A DNA stretch of 64,000 nucleotides from contig CAVSIV010000001.1 in assembly GCA_963728205.1 (NCBI GenBank), positions 1,120,001-1,184,000 of the forward strand, read 5' to 3'. Origin of the DNA: an uncultured Chloroflexia bacterium (GTDB taxonomy: Bacteria > Chloroflexota > Dehalococcoidia > UBA2979). The position numbers and the translations under genes were made by a program. Shown piece after piece: positions 1 through 10,200 of the stretch (positions are counted from its first letter, which is position 1; each line of letters opens with the position of its first letter). The notes below the pieces were generated by a model. It ran no database searches. It was given only the letters and a program-made list of their open reading frames with translations, and was not told the origin of the DNA.

Positions 1-109
1 CGGCGGCTGGCGCTGACCCCGGAGGCGGCGCTGACGGCGCGGACGACGACGGCAGCCGCGTCGATACCAGACCTGCGTCGACGACAGACCCGGCTCGACA
101 ACGAACCCA

Positions 110-133
110 AAGCGGCGGCAGGCATGCCGCCGA
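110..133 (+). repeat. REP-like palindromic repeat, copy 1
   Basis: AAGCGGCGGCAGGCATGCCGCCGA; internal hairpin; near-identical to 1397-1421 and 2664-2688. Confidence 0.7.
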
Positions 134-203
134 CGCGGCGAGGCGCGGCAGCGCCTCATCCCACCAGACAACCCACCGGTGATCGAGGCGTGATGGAGGA
201 CCG

Positions 204-1382
204 ATGAAGCTCGCGCAGCGCGTCGAGCAGCTGCCGCCGTACCTGTTCGCGCGGATCTCCGAGCTGATCGCGCAGAAGCGCGCGACCGGCGTCGACGTGA
301 TCTCGCTCGGCATCGGCGACCCCGACCTGCCGACCCCCGGCTACCTGATCGAGACGCTGCAGCGCGCCGCCGAGACGCCGGCCAACCATCGCTACCCGGA
401 GTCCGACGGCCTCCCCGAGTTCCGTCGCGCCATCGCGCGCTGGTACGAGCGGCGCCACGCCGTGACGCTCGACCCGGACGAGGAGATCGTCCCGCTGATC
501 GGGTCGAAGGAGGGCATCGGCCACCTGCCGCTGTGTCTGATCGACCCCGGTGACGTCTCGCTGATCACCGACCCCGGCTACCCGGTCTACGAGATCGGCA
601 CGATGTTTGCCGGCGGCGAGACCGTGAAGCTCCCGCTGAAGGAGGAGGACGGCTGGCTGCCGCGCCTCGACGAGATCCCCGCGGAGGCCGCGCGCCGCGC
701 GCGCATCCTCTGGCTCAACTACCCGAACAACCCGACCGGCGCCGTCGCCGACGTCGGCTTCTTCGAGCGCGCCGTGGCCTGGGCGAAGCAGCACGACGTC
801 GTGATCGCGCACGACCTCGCCTACGCCGACGTCACCTACGACGGCTACGTCGCGCACTCGATCCTCGAGGTCGACGGCGCGCGCGACGTCGCGATCGAGT
901 TCAACTCGCTGTCGAAGAGCTTCAACATGACGGGCTGGCGCGTGGCAATGGCCGTGGGCAACGCGACCGTGATCGACGCGCTCACGCGAGTGAAGACGAA
1001 TCTCGACAGTGGCATTCCGCAGGCGATCCAGGAGATGGCAATCGCCGCGCTCGACGACCCGCGCGACTCGATCGCGGCGCACAACGCGGTGTACCAGCGC
1101 CGGCGCGACCGCGTGGTCGCGGTGCTGCGCGAGCTCGGGCTGCGGCTCGAGCCGCCGCGGGCGTCGCTGTACGTGTGGGCGCGGCTGCCGGAGGGCGAAC
1201 GCTCGAGCGGTGACTTCGCCGCGCGGCTCGTCGACCAGACCGGCGTCGTCGTGACGCCCGGCGCGAGCTACGGAGCGGCCGGCGAGGGCTACATCCGCAT
1301 CTCGCTGACGACGCCGGACGACCGGCTCGAGGAGGCGCTCGCGCGGCTCTCGCGCTTCGCACGCGGCGAGCGACCGCTGTAG
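204..1382 (+). CDS. dapL: LL-diaminopimelate aminotransferase
   Basis: LPPYLF, ISLGIGDPD, LIGSKEG, LNYPNNPTGA, SLSKSFNMTGWR PLP lysine motif; GGAGG RBS. Confidence 0.85.
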   Translation: MKLAQRVEQLPPYLFARISELIAQKRATGVDVISLGIGDPDLPTPGYLIETLQRAAETPANHRYPESDGLPEFRRAIARWYERRHAVTLDPDEEIVPLIGSKEGIGHLPLCLIDPGDVSLITDPGYPVYEIGTMFAGGETVKLPLKEEDGWLPRLDEIPAEAARRARILWLNYPNNPTGAVADVGFFERAVAWAKQHDVVIAHDLAYADVTYDGYVAHSILEVDGARDVAIEFNSLSKSFNMTGWRVAMAVGNATVIDALTRVKTNLDSGIPQAIQEMAIAALDDPRDSIAAHNAVYQRRRDRVVAVLRELGLRLEPPRASLYVWARLPEGERSSGDFAARLVDQTGVVVTPGASYGAAGEGYIRISLTTPDDRLEEALARLSRFARGERPL

Positions 1383-1396
1383 GAAGCAGTTCGACG

Positions 1397-1421
1397 CAAG
1401 CGGCGGCAGATACGCCGCCGA
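1397..1421 (+). repeat. REP-like palindromic repeat, copy 2
   Basis: CAAGCGGCGGCAGATACGCCGCCGA just after dapL stop; one mismatch to 2664-2688. Confidence 0.75.
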
Positions 1422-1520
1422 TGACAACGCGGCCCGCGGGCCGCGGTATTGGCGGCATCGACGTTCACGACAGCGCGCCCCCTCCGGGAGCGTCGACCGA
1501 GCGTCACGCGAGGAGCGACC

Positions 1521-2582
1521 ATGCCGCACGCCATCCGCCCGGCACTCGTCTCCCTCATGACCGTTGCGCTCACTGCGCTCGCGGTCGCCTGCGGCTCCGC
1601 GCGACCAAGCGCGACCGCGACCGCGCCGGCTGCGACGACGACCGCCGCCGCGGTCGCAACCGCGCGTTCCATCGACACGGCGACCGCCGCCCGAACCGCG
1701 AGCCCGGCCGCCCCCGCGCCACCGTCTACGTCCGAGCCCGTGTCGACGCCGCCGGCGCTACCGACTGCCGGCCCGACCGCGGCCGTCGTCGCAACCGGTC
1801 CGAAGTGCGCATACCACGGCGTCCTCCCCGACCCCGTGTGCACGCCGGGCGCGGCGGATCCCGCCGTCACCCAGTCGAACATCGACGCCACGATTTGCGT
1901 CCCCGGCTACGCGAGTTCCGTGCGTCCAAGCTCGCAGGCGGACCGCGACCGGATGTTCCAGCTCAAGCTGCAGGAGATGAGCGACTACGGCGTCGGTGAT
2001 CGGGCGACCGGCGACTTCGAACAGGACCACCTCATCCCGCTCGAGCTCGGCGGCGCGCCGCGCGACCCGCTCAACCTCTGGCCGGAGTCCTTCGATGGCG
2101 GGGACAACGCGCGGAACAAGGACCAGGTGGAGAACGGCCTGCATGACGCCGTCTGCGCCGGACGGGTTTCGCTGGCGACCGCGCAGCACGCCATCGCCTC
2201 CGACTGGCTCGCGGCCTTTGCGCTGTTCGGGACCGCGCCGCCGACGCCTGCGCCGGACGCCGCGACGCCGGGCGCCGCCGGATCCGCGGCCTGCGCCGCG
2301 GCGGCGAGCATCTCGAACGCGACCCCAGCGCGCTTCTCCACCGTCACCGTGACCGGCCGCCTCGCCTGCGGGGGCGCGCCGGCGAGCGGCGTCGCGATGA
2401 CCGCTACCTGGCACTACAAGACGACGTCGCCGACGTGTGCCGCCGTCAGCGGCGACGACGGGACGGCGTCGTGCTCGCGCTCGATCGGCGGCGCGAGCGC
2501 CGGCTACGCCGTTGCCGTCGACGTGTGCTTCGACGCGCCCGATGGCGCGGCCTGCGCGCAGACCGGATTCACGCCGCACTGA
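1521..2582 (+). CDS. Lipoprotein with HNH-like domain and Cys-containing beta-rich C-terminal domain
   Basis: AGGAG RBS; lipobox LAVAC; Ala/Thr/Pro linker; LPDPVCTPGA...EQDHLIPLELGG...NLWPE...KDQVEN. Confidence 0.7.
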   Translation: MPHAIRPALVSLMTVALTALAVACGSARPSATATAPAATTTAAAVATARSIDTATAARTASPAAPAPPSTSEPVSTPPALPTAGPTAAVVATGPKCAYHGVLPDPVCTPGAADPAVTQSNIDATICVPGYASSVRPSSQADRDRMFQLKLQEMSDYGVGDRATGDFEQDHLIPLELGGAPRDPLNLWPESFDGGDNARNKDQVENGLHDAVCAGRVSLATAQHAIASDWLAAFALFGTAPPTPAPDAATPGAAGSAACAAAASISNATPARFSTVTVTGRLACGGAPASGVAMTATWHYKTTSPTCAAVSGDDGTASCSRSIGGASAGYAVAVDVCFDAPDGAACAQTGFTPH

Positions 2583-2629
2583 GGCGTGGCCTGGTCGCTG
2601 AGCGCGCCCGGTTGAAGCCGGCTGTCGCA

Positions 2630-2688
2630 TCGGCGGCGTGTCTGCCGCCGCTTGCGCCGGATTCAAGCGGCGGCAGACACGCCGCCGA
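2630..2688. repeat. Inverted pair of REP-like repeats (perfect 25-bp arms, 9-nt spacer)
   Basis: TCGGCGGCGTGTCTGCCGCCGCTTG (2630-2654) and its exact reverse complement (2664-2688). Confidence 0.85.
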
Positions 2689-2827
2689 CACTGCGAGCGC
2701 CGAGAGGCGTTCCCTCGCTGCCTCCCGGCGTCCGGACCCCGCCCGATCGCTCCGGCGCACCGTATGATGATCGTGTCAACGCAACACCGGCGCGGAGCGC
2801 CGGGACGCCACCGAAGGAGCGCGTTCG

Positions 2828-4111
2828 ATACCTCGAAAGCGGCCGTACCCCACCACCCCCACCGCCGGCGACCGCCACGATCGCCGCGACTCGCACAGCA
2901 CCGCACCTCGCCCCGAGCAGGCCTTCCTCGTCGCGGTCGACGAGCGGAGCGACAGCGGCATGTCCACCGAGGAGTCCGTCCGCGAGCTGGCGCGCCTCGT
3001 GCGCACCGCCGGCGGGCGCGTCGTCGGCGAGACCGTGCAGCGCCGCCCTCGGCCCGACCGCGCGACGTACATCGGCGCGGGCAAGGTCGACGAGGTGAAG
3101 GCCGCGCGCGAGACCACCGGCTACACGATGGTCGTCTTCGACGACCCGCTCTCGCCGTCGCAGCAGCTCAACCTCGAGAAGGCGCTCGACGTGAAGGTGC
3201 TGGACCGCTCGGCGCTCATCCTCGACATCTTCGCGAGCCGCGCGAAGACGCGAGAGGCGTCGCTCCAGGTGGAGCTTGCGCAACACGAGTACCTCCTGCC
3301 GCGCCTGCGCGGCCAGTGGCAGCACCTCGAGCGGATGGAGGGCGCCATCGGGTCCCGCGGTCCCGGCGAGACGCAGCTCGAAACCGACCGCCGGCTGATC
3401 GGCCAGCGCATCGCGCGCCTGAAGAAGCAGATCGAGGCCGTGCGGCGGCACCGCGCGCTGCAGCGTTCCCGCCGCGAGCGGCAGGGGATGCCGGTGGTCG
3501 CGCTCGTCGGCTACACGAACGCCGGGAAGTCGTCGCTGATGCGCGCGCTGGCCGGCGCGAAGGTGCTGGCCGCGAACGCACCCTTCGCGACGCTCGACCC
3601 GGTGACGCGTCGCGTCGGCTCCGGCCGCGAGGAGGCGTTCCTCCTCACCGACACCGTGGGCTTCATGCAGAAGCTGCCCACGCAGCTGATCTCCGCCTTC
3701 CGCGCCACGCTCGAGGAGCTGGAGAAGGCCGACCTCCTGCTGCACGTCGTGGATGTGACGTCTCCGGCGGCGAAGGCGCAGGCGGAGTCGGTGGCGGCGA
3801 CGCTCGAGGGGCTCGGCCTGCAGGACGTGCCGGTGCTGACCGTGCTGAACAAGGTCGACGGGTTGCGACTGCAAGATGGATCGACGGTCACGTCGGAGGC
3901 GGAGCTCCCGCCGGCGCGCGAGCTCAACCCGCTCGGCCCGGACGGCGAGGCGATCTGCACCTCCGCGACCGAGGGCTGGGGCATCGACGCGCTGCGCGCG
4001 CGCCTGCTGTTCGAGTTCTTCGGCACCGAAGCGCGCGACCACGCCGCAACAGTGGCGGCCGCCGGCGCGGCCGAGGATGCCGTGCGCGAACGGCCCGCGT
4101 CAGCGGGCTGA
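2828..4111 (+). CDS. hflX: GTPase HflX (probable ATA start at 2828; first ATG 2960)
   Basis: LILDIFA.RA.TREA.LQVELAQ, GPGETQLETDRR, GYTNAGKS, FATLDP, DTVGF, NKVD. Confidence 0.93.
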   Translation: MPRKRPYPTTPTAGDRHDRRDSHSTAPRPEQAFLVAVDERSDSGMSTEESVRELARLVRTAGGRVVGETVQRRPRPDRATYIGAGKVDEVKAARETTGYTMVVFDDPLSPSQQLNLEKALDVKVLDRSALILDIFASRAKTREASLQVELAQHEYLLPRLRGQWQHLERMEGAIGSRGPGETQLETDRRLIGQRIARLKKQIEAVRRHRALQRSRRERQGMPVVALVGYTNAGKSSLMRALAGAKVLAANAPFATLDPVTRRVGSGREEAFLLTDTVGFMQKLPTQLISAFRATLEELEKADLLLHVVDVTSPAAKAQAESVAATLEGLGLQDVPVLTVLNKVDGLRLQDGSTVTSEAELPPARELNPLGPDGEAICTSATEGWGIDALRARLLFEFFGTEARDHAATVAAAGAAEDAVRERPASAG

Positions 4112-5290
4112 GGCGCCGTCTCGCGCGCACACGATCGCGACGTGGCGCCCGGCGACGCGCGTGAGCGCGACCGTCCGCACCGCCCCGCCGCCGAGCGCGC
4201 GCGTGAGCCGGCGCTCCAGCGCATTCGTGTCGACGGGCGAGCCGCGACGCATCACCTCCGCGCGACCGGCCCCCAGCGCTCGCAGCCGCGTGAGCAGCGC
4301 TCGCTCCGAGAACGGCAGCCACGCCTCGACATGGAAGCGTCGCGCGAACGGCGTGTCGACCGCGTGGTCCGCCGCCAGGTAGGCGATCGTCGGGTCGAGC
4401 TGCCACGCGTCGAGGTCGCGCGCGAGGTGCGCGACGAGCCCGGCGCGGCCGACCGCCGGGTCGGGGTCGTAGAGAAACGTGCCGGGCTCGCCGATGCGGG
4501 ACGGCTCCGGCCCGGTGCCCCCTTCGTCCGCGAGCGACACGCCCGCCGGCAGCACGGTCGCGCGGCGCCGCCCCCGCGCCAGGCGGCCGAGCCACGCGAC
4601 CGCCTCCACGAGGTCGCCGTCGAGCGAGACGAACTCCACCTCCGCGCCCGCCGGCAGCAGCGCGAGGTCGATCCCCGGCGCGAGCTTGATTCCCGCCGCC
4701 GGGAATCGCGCGGCGATCGCGACGGCGACATCGAGCGGCGGCGACCAGCGCCGCGGGTCGAGCGTGCGGCCGCGCGCGTCGCGCCGCGACGGGTCCAGCC
4801 ACGCGGCGTCGCCGTCGGCGGCGCTCACGTCGGCAGCGTCGCCCGCGCGCGTCGCCACGCGCGTGCCGAGCCCGCGCCCGGCGGCGTTTGCCGCCGCCAT
4901 GGCCAGCCGCGCGGGGTCGCGGTCGACCGCGACCACGGGCGCGTGCGCCGCGAGCGCGAGCGCGTCGCCGCCCATCCCGCATCCGGCGTCGACGACGCGC
5001 CGCGTGCCGGCGAAGCGCGCGGCCGTCCAGCGCGCGACCGTCTCGCTCGTCGCCTGCTCGGCGGCCGCGCGGTCGCACCACAGCCGCTCGCCCTCCGGGA
5101 ACTTGCGCGCGGCGACCCGCCGTCCCTCGGCCAGCGCCACGGCGGCGCGCGCCTGCGCGGGCTCGAGCCCGCGCCGCAGGCGTTCGACGACTTCGAGGAG
5201 GGGCGTTCCCGCGGTCAGCGCCGCGGCGGCGTCGGCGGCCGCGCGACCGCCGGGCGGGGTCTGCAGCCAGGCGATGTCGGCCGCGTCCAC
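4100..5290 (-). CDS. SAM-dependent methyltransferase with THUMP-like C-terminal domain
   Basis: EQATSE, VDAGCGMGGD motif I, DPSRR, KLAPG, YDPDPAV. Confidence 0.8.
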   Translation of the reverse strand: MDAADIAWLQTPPGGRAAADAAAALTAGTPLLEVVERLRRGLEPAQARAAVALAEGRRVAARKFPEGERLWCDRAAAEQATSETVARWTAARFAGTRRVVDAGCGMGGDALALAAHAPVVAVDRDPARLAMAAANAAGRGLGTRVATRAGDAADVSAADGDAAWLDPSRRDARGRTLDPRRWSPPLDVAVAIAARFPAAGIKLAPGIDLALLPAGAEVEFVSLDGDLVEAVAWLGRLARGRRRATVLPAGVSLADEGGTGPEPSRIGEPGTFLYDPDPAVGRAGLVAHLARDLDAWQLDPTIAYLAADHAVDTPFARRFHVEAWLPFSERALLTRLRALGAGRAEVMRRGSPVDTNALERRLTRALGGGAVRTVALTRVAGRHVAIVCARDGASAR

Positions 5291-5296
5291 GGCGGC

Positions 5297-6145
5297 TCAG
5301 CGCGACGGGCGGAGCGCGTACGCCTCCGGGTCGCGCAGCCACGGGCGGTCGCGGTAGAGCTCGCCGAGCACCCCGGCGACCTCGCGCAGCACCTGGTCGG
5401 CGGCGGCGAGCACGCGCCGCGTCGCCGCGGCGTCGCCGCCGAGCGCGGCCGCGAGGTCGTCGAGCCACGTCGCCACGCGCTTGCCGATGCGGGTCCCGCG
5501 CGCGACGGCGACGAGCAGATCGAGGGTCGGGTGGTCGCCTTCGTCGTGCACGCACGCGAGCCGGCAGAGCGCCGCCGCCGCCTCGCCGGCGGCGGGGAGC
5601 GCCGCTGCAGCCGGAGCGACACCGATCACCCACAGCGCCCGCACCGCCGCGACGAGCTGCAGCCACAGGGCACGCGTGATGCGCTCCGGGACGTCCTGCG
5701 GATAGCGGCCGGCTGCCGCGATCAGCTGAGCGTGGCGGCCCATGCGGTCGTGCACCACCTGGGCGTGGCGCACCGCCCAGCGCGACTCGAGCGTGCGTCG
5801 CGCCACGCCCTCGAAGGTCGTCGTGGCGTCGATGGTGATCGTGAGGTCGTACCCGTCGAGCGCGTCGCCGGGGCCGCGAGCCCGCTCGCGCGCCACGTAG
5901 ACGCCGTCGCGCTGCAGCGCCGAGCGGTAGGGGTCGGGGAGCGCCCGCGCGAGCGCGGGGTCCACGAGCATCCAGAATGCCGGGACCGCCGGCGCGAACG
6001 CGGCGTCGCCGAGGTCATCGGCCGGCGGGGACGTCAGGAGCAGCGTCGTCCGGTCGGCGATCGATTCGAAGGGTGGGGCGGCGAGGAGCCGGCGACCCCG
6101 CTCGCGCGCCTGCTCCCGCAGCGCCGCGGTGGGGTCGTCGAGCAT
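5297..6145 (-). CDS. Hypothetical protein
   Basis: Protein-like ORF from MLDDPTAAL, tightly packed in minus-strand run. Confidence 0.6.
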   Translation of the reverse strand: MLDDPTAALREQARERGRRLLAAPPFESIADRTTLLLTSPPADDLGDAAFAPAVPAFWMLVDPALARALPDPYRSALQRDGVYVARERARGPGDALDGYDLTITIDATTTFEGVARRTLESRWAVRHAQVVHDRMGRHAQLIAAAGRYPQDVPERITRALWLQLVAAVRALWVIGVAPAAAALPAAGEAAAALCRLACVHDEGDHPTLDLLVAVARGTRIGKRVATWLDDLAAALGGDAAATRRVLAAADQVLREVAGVLGELYRDRPWLRDPEAYALRPSR

Positions 6146-6147
6146 CG

Positions 6148-6363
6148 CTACTCTTCCAGCTGTCCGACGGTCCGCAGCGCGTCCTTCACCTCGTCGGCGG
6201 AGTGGAACATCACGCCCTCGCGCAGGGCGTCGAAGCCGTCGACCACGTCGTCGTCGACGTCGTTCGCGTAGCAGATGTTCAGGAAGTCGGAGCGCGTTGC
6301 CTCGTTGGTGATCGAGAACGTGTGGGTGACGACCGGCTCGAAACCGCTCCACGGTGCGGACAT
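6148..6363 (-). CDS. Small acidic protein, DUF2795-like
   Basis: ATRSDFL...DDDVVDGFDAL...FHSADEVKDAL; family call from recalled pattern. Confidence 0.5.
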   Translation of the reverse strand: MSAPWSGFEPVVTHTFSITNEATRSDFLNICYANDVDDDVVDGFDALREGVMFHSADEVKDALRTVGQLEE

Positions 6364-6471
6364 GCAGAACTCCGTTCCCAGGTGCTGACGGCGCCCGCGG
6401 GCGCGTGACGTAACGGGTGTCGGCCGGGTGCGTCGGCCGGGCGCCACGTTAACAGCGCACCGGCTTCGGGG

Positions 6472-6860
6472 CTACTCGGCGGCCGGCGACGCCGGGGCGA
6501 GCGGCGTCTGCTGATGCAGCACGAGCCGCCAGTGGCCGTCGCGACGCGCGTAGACGGTCGTGACCAGCGCGCAGTACTCGCCGCTGCCGTCGCGGTGCGC
6601 GACGGCGCGATAGGTGAGCGCAGCGGCATCCGCCGCCGGCGTGACGACGCGCGCGTTCGTCAGCCGAACGTCGCTCCACGGCGCGGACGCTTCGACGGCC
6701 GCGATCGTGGCGGGGTAGTCGAGCACGCCGGGCGGCTCCGGGAAGACGAGCAGTCCGTCCGGGGCCATGTGCTCGCGATAGAAGGAGCCGTCGCCGGCGG
6801 CGCGCCAGAATGCCTCCTCCAGGCGACGAGCGTGTCCCGCAGCGCGTGATCGTCGCTCAC
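6472..6860 (-). CDS. NTF2/DUF4440-family protein (one frameshift near 6820)
   Basis: EEAFW..FYREHMAPDG, AALTYRA, TTVYARRDGHWRLVLHQQTP. Confidence 0.7.
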
Positions 6861-6868
6861 GCCGCGGC

Positions 6869-7138
6869 TCAGCCCTCCGTGCCGGTGCGCTCGTTGATCA
6901 CCTCGCGGATGTGGGTGACCCGCTCGACGGCGTCGAGCGCCGCGTCTTCGTCCGCCTCGAGCGACTCGCGCGCACCCTCGACGAGCGCCGCGGCGCCGCC
7001 GTAGGCGATGAACCACTCGAGGCCCTGGAGCAGGGGAATCAGCGGCGCGCGGCTGCTGCGGCGGTGGCGCAGGTACCCCCACACCACGCCCGCGACGGCG
7101 GCGGCCAGTGCGAATCGGAACTGCTGATTGTCGCTCAT
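6869..7138 (-). CDS. Small membrane protein
   Basis: MSDNQQF start with GGGGAG RBS; two hydrophobic segments. Confidence 0.6.
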   Translation of the reverse strand: MSDNQQFRFALAAAVAGVVWGYLRHRRSSRAPLIPLLQGLEWFIAYGGAAALVEGARESLEADEDAALDAVERVTHIREVINERTGTEG

Positions 7139-7257
7139 TGAGGACTCCCCCTGTGCGGACCGCGGTACCGCCATGCTACGGGGGCCCTGCACACCGGTAC
7201 AGGTCAGGCCGGCCCCGGGCACGGGCCGCAGGCGCCGCAGACGCTACACTCCGCGCC

Positions 7258-10200
7258 GTGAACGAGCTGCTCGCCGGCTGGTGGTTCGCGCTCCTCCGCC
7301 TGCGCGCGAGCTGGCGGCTGATGGCCGTGGCGGCGCTGGGCGTGGTCGTCGCCGCGACGCTGCTCGCCGTCGCGCCAATCTACGCGCAATCGATGTCGGA
7401 CCTCGGCCTGCGCTTCCGCCTCGAGCGTGGCCTCCCCACCGCGTCGGACCGCGCCACGTGGCTCGAGGTCGACCACCTCCTGATCGGGGACCCGGTCGAC
7501 GTCCAGACGCGCGAGGCGATCGACCGCGTGACGGCGGCCCGCGTCGGCTGGCTGGCAGCGGGCGGGGAGACGATCACCGAGGAGCGGTCCGGACGCCTCG
7601 ACCTCGGCTTCGTCGGCTACGAGGCGCAGGCGCCGGAACAGCCGGTGGCCGTGACCGGGCAGCCCGCGCAGCCCGTCCGGCAGAACTGGGGTGCGTTCCT
7701 CTACTCGCTCTCGAACTTCGAGCAGCACGTGCACGTCACGGCCGGACGCCTGCCCGGCCCCTCCGCCAACGGCGCCGAGGTCGTCCTGCCCGCTGGCTTC
7801 CAGAAGTTCGCGGCCGTCGGCGACCAGGTGCGCATCGCAGGGCCCGGCTACGACGACTGCCAGCACCTGCCGAGCTCCGACGACCCCCAAATCGCGCAGG
7901 ACGAGGTGCGGTGCCGGCCGACGCTGACGGTGACCACGAGCATGACGGCGACGGTGGTCGGCTTCGTCGCGCCGAACGACCCGCAGGACCAGCGCTGGCA
8001 GCTCTTCGACGGATCGTGGCAGGTGCCCGACGCGCCGTTCCTCCCGCGCCTCAGCCAGTCGACGGGCGAGATCGCGCTCGGCGAGGCCCAGGCAGGCCGC
8101 GGCTCGATGCCGCTGCTCACCACGCGCGACCAGTACTTCGGCGCGTTCGCGCAGCGGCTCCCGGAGCTGCCGACGCGCCACCGCGCCGGCTTCGTGGACG
8201 CGCCGGGCGCGCTGGCGCTGCGCGACGTGCCACGCGCCATCGCGGACCTGCACGCGTGGCGGTCGGACGTCGGCGACACGCTGGGGCTGGTCGCGCCGTC
8301 GCACATGCCGGTGCTCGATCAGCTCGAGCAGTTCCGCAACACGCAGACGTTCTCGCAGGTCCCGCTGCTGCTGATCCTGCTGCAGGTGGTCGGCATCGTG
8401 ATCTACTACGTCGCGGTGGTGATGGGACTGCTGCTCGAGCGGCAGGCGGAAGAGGTCGGCGTCTACCGCAGCCGCGGGGCGAGCACGTCGCAGATCGTCG
8501 GGCTGACGCTGATCGAGGGGCTGGTGATGGCGGTGCCGGCGGCGGTGGTCGGGCCGTGGCTGGCCGCGTGGCTGGTCGGTGCGCTCGGTCGCACGCCGAC
8601 GTTCCACGCGATCACCGGCGGTGCGTCGCTGCCCGTACGCGTGCCGCCCGACGCGCCGCTGCTCGCCGCCGGCGGCGCCGCGCTCGCGCTCGTCGCGATG
8701 CTCCTCCCCGCGCTGGTCGCGGCGCGCCGCGGCATCGTCGACGTGAAGCGCGAGCAGTCGCGCCCGGCCGGACGCGGGCTCGTGCAGCGGTACTACCTCG
8801 ATCTCGCGATCGTCGCGTTCGCGGTGCTGCTGGTCGTGCAGCTGCGGCAGCGCGGCTCGGTGTACGACCCGAACGCGGTCGGCGGCTGGTCGGCCGACCC
8901 GCTGCTGTTGCTGTCGCCGCTGGTGATCACGCTCGCGGTCGCGGCGCTCGTGCTGCGCTTCTATCCGCCGCTACTGCGGATCGCGGTGCGCGGGTTGCTG
9001 CTGCTGAAAGGCACGGCGGTGGCGCTCGGGCTGCAGCGCGCGGGGCGCTCGCCGACCGCGTACGCGCGCCTCCTGCTGCTGCTCGTGATGGCGATCGCCG
9101 TTGGCACGTTCGCGGCGTCGTACGGGCCGACCGTCGACCGCTCGCTCGCGGAGCGCATTCGCTACGAGGCCGGCGCGGACGTGCGCGGGACGCTGGTGGA
9201 CGCGGCGGACCTGCAGCTCCCTGCGAAGCTCGACCGGGTGCGCGGGCTGCCGGGCGTTGCCGACGCCGCGGTCGCATATCGCGGCGCGATCGAGACGCCG
9301 TCGGGGGCGAAGGTCCCGCTGCTCGCGGTGGACCCGCAGCGGGTCGCGTCGATGCTGTGGTTCCGCGGGGACTTCTCGCAGCAGACGCTCGGGGGCCTGG
9401 CGCGGCAGCTGCAGAGCGAGGTGCCTCCCGGCGGCGGGCTCGCCCTGCCCGACGACGCGCAGGCGGTGCGGGTGCAGGTCTACACGGCCGGCGATCCGGG
9501 CCGCGACTATCTCCAGGCGATCCTGCGCGACGGCGACGGACACGCGCACCTCTCCGGCTTCGACACCCCGACGCACAGCGACGACTGGGAGACGCTGGGC
9601 GCGCAGGTCCTGGCGACGCTGCCGCGGCCGGTCACCTTCGTCGGGCTGCGCGTGAACGACCGGCTCGGCCAGAACCTGCGCACCGAGGGCGCGCTCTACT
9701 TCGACAACGTGGCGGCCGTGCGACCGGGCGGCAAGGTCACGGTGCTCGACGACTTCGAGGGGCCGTTCCGCTGGACGCAGTACACGCAGCGCGACGTGAA
9801 CGAGCCGTTCACGCTGTCGACCGACCAGGCAGCGTCGGGGACGCACTCGGCGAAGTGGCAGTGGCAGCGCCTGATCTCGCCGCGCGTGCGCGTGCTGGCG
9901 CTGCAGGATCCCACCGTGCCGCTGGCGGCGGTGATGAACCAGACGGCGCTCGGTCTCTTCGGCACCGCGCAGGGGCGCGAGACCGAGGCCGTGCTCGGCG
10001 ATCTCAAGGTGCCGCTGGACGTGCGGGCGACGTCATCGCTCTTTCCGACGCTCGATCCGGCGCAGGGGTTCGTCGTCGTGAGCCTCGACCAGCTCCGTGC
10101 GCTGGCGTCGACCGTGGGCTTCAAGGACGGCGAGTTCGCCGACGAGCTGTGGCTGAACTTCCAGCCGGGCTTCCCGCTCGCGGATCAGAAGGCGCTCGTG

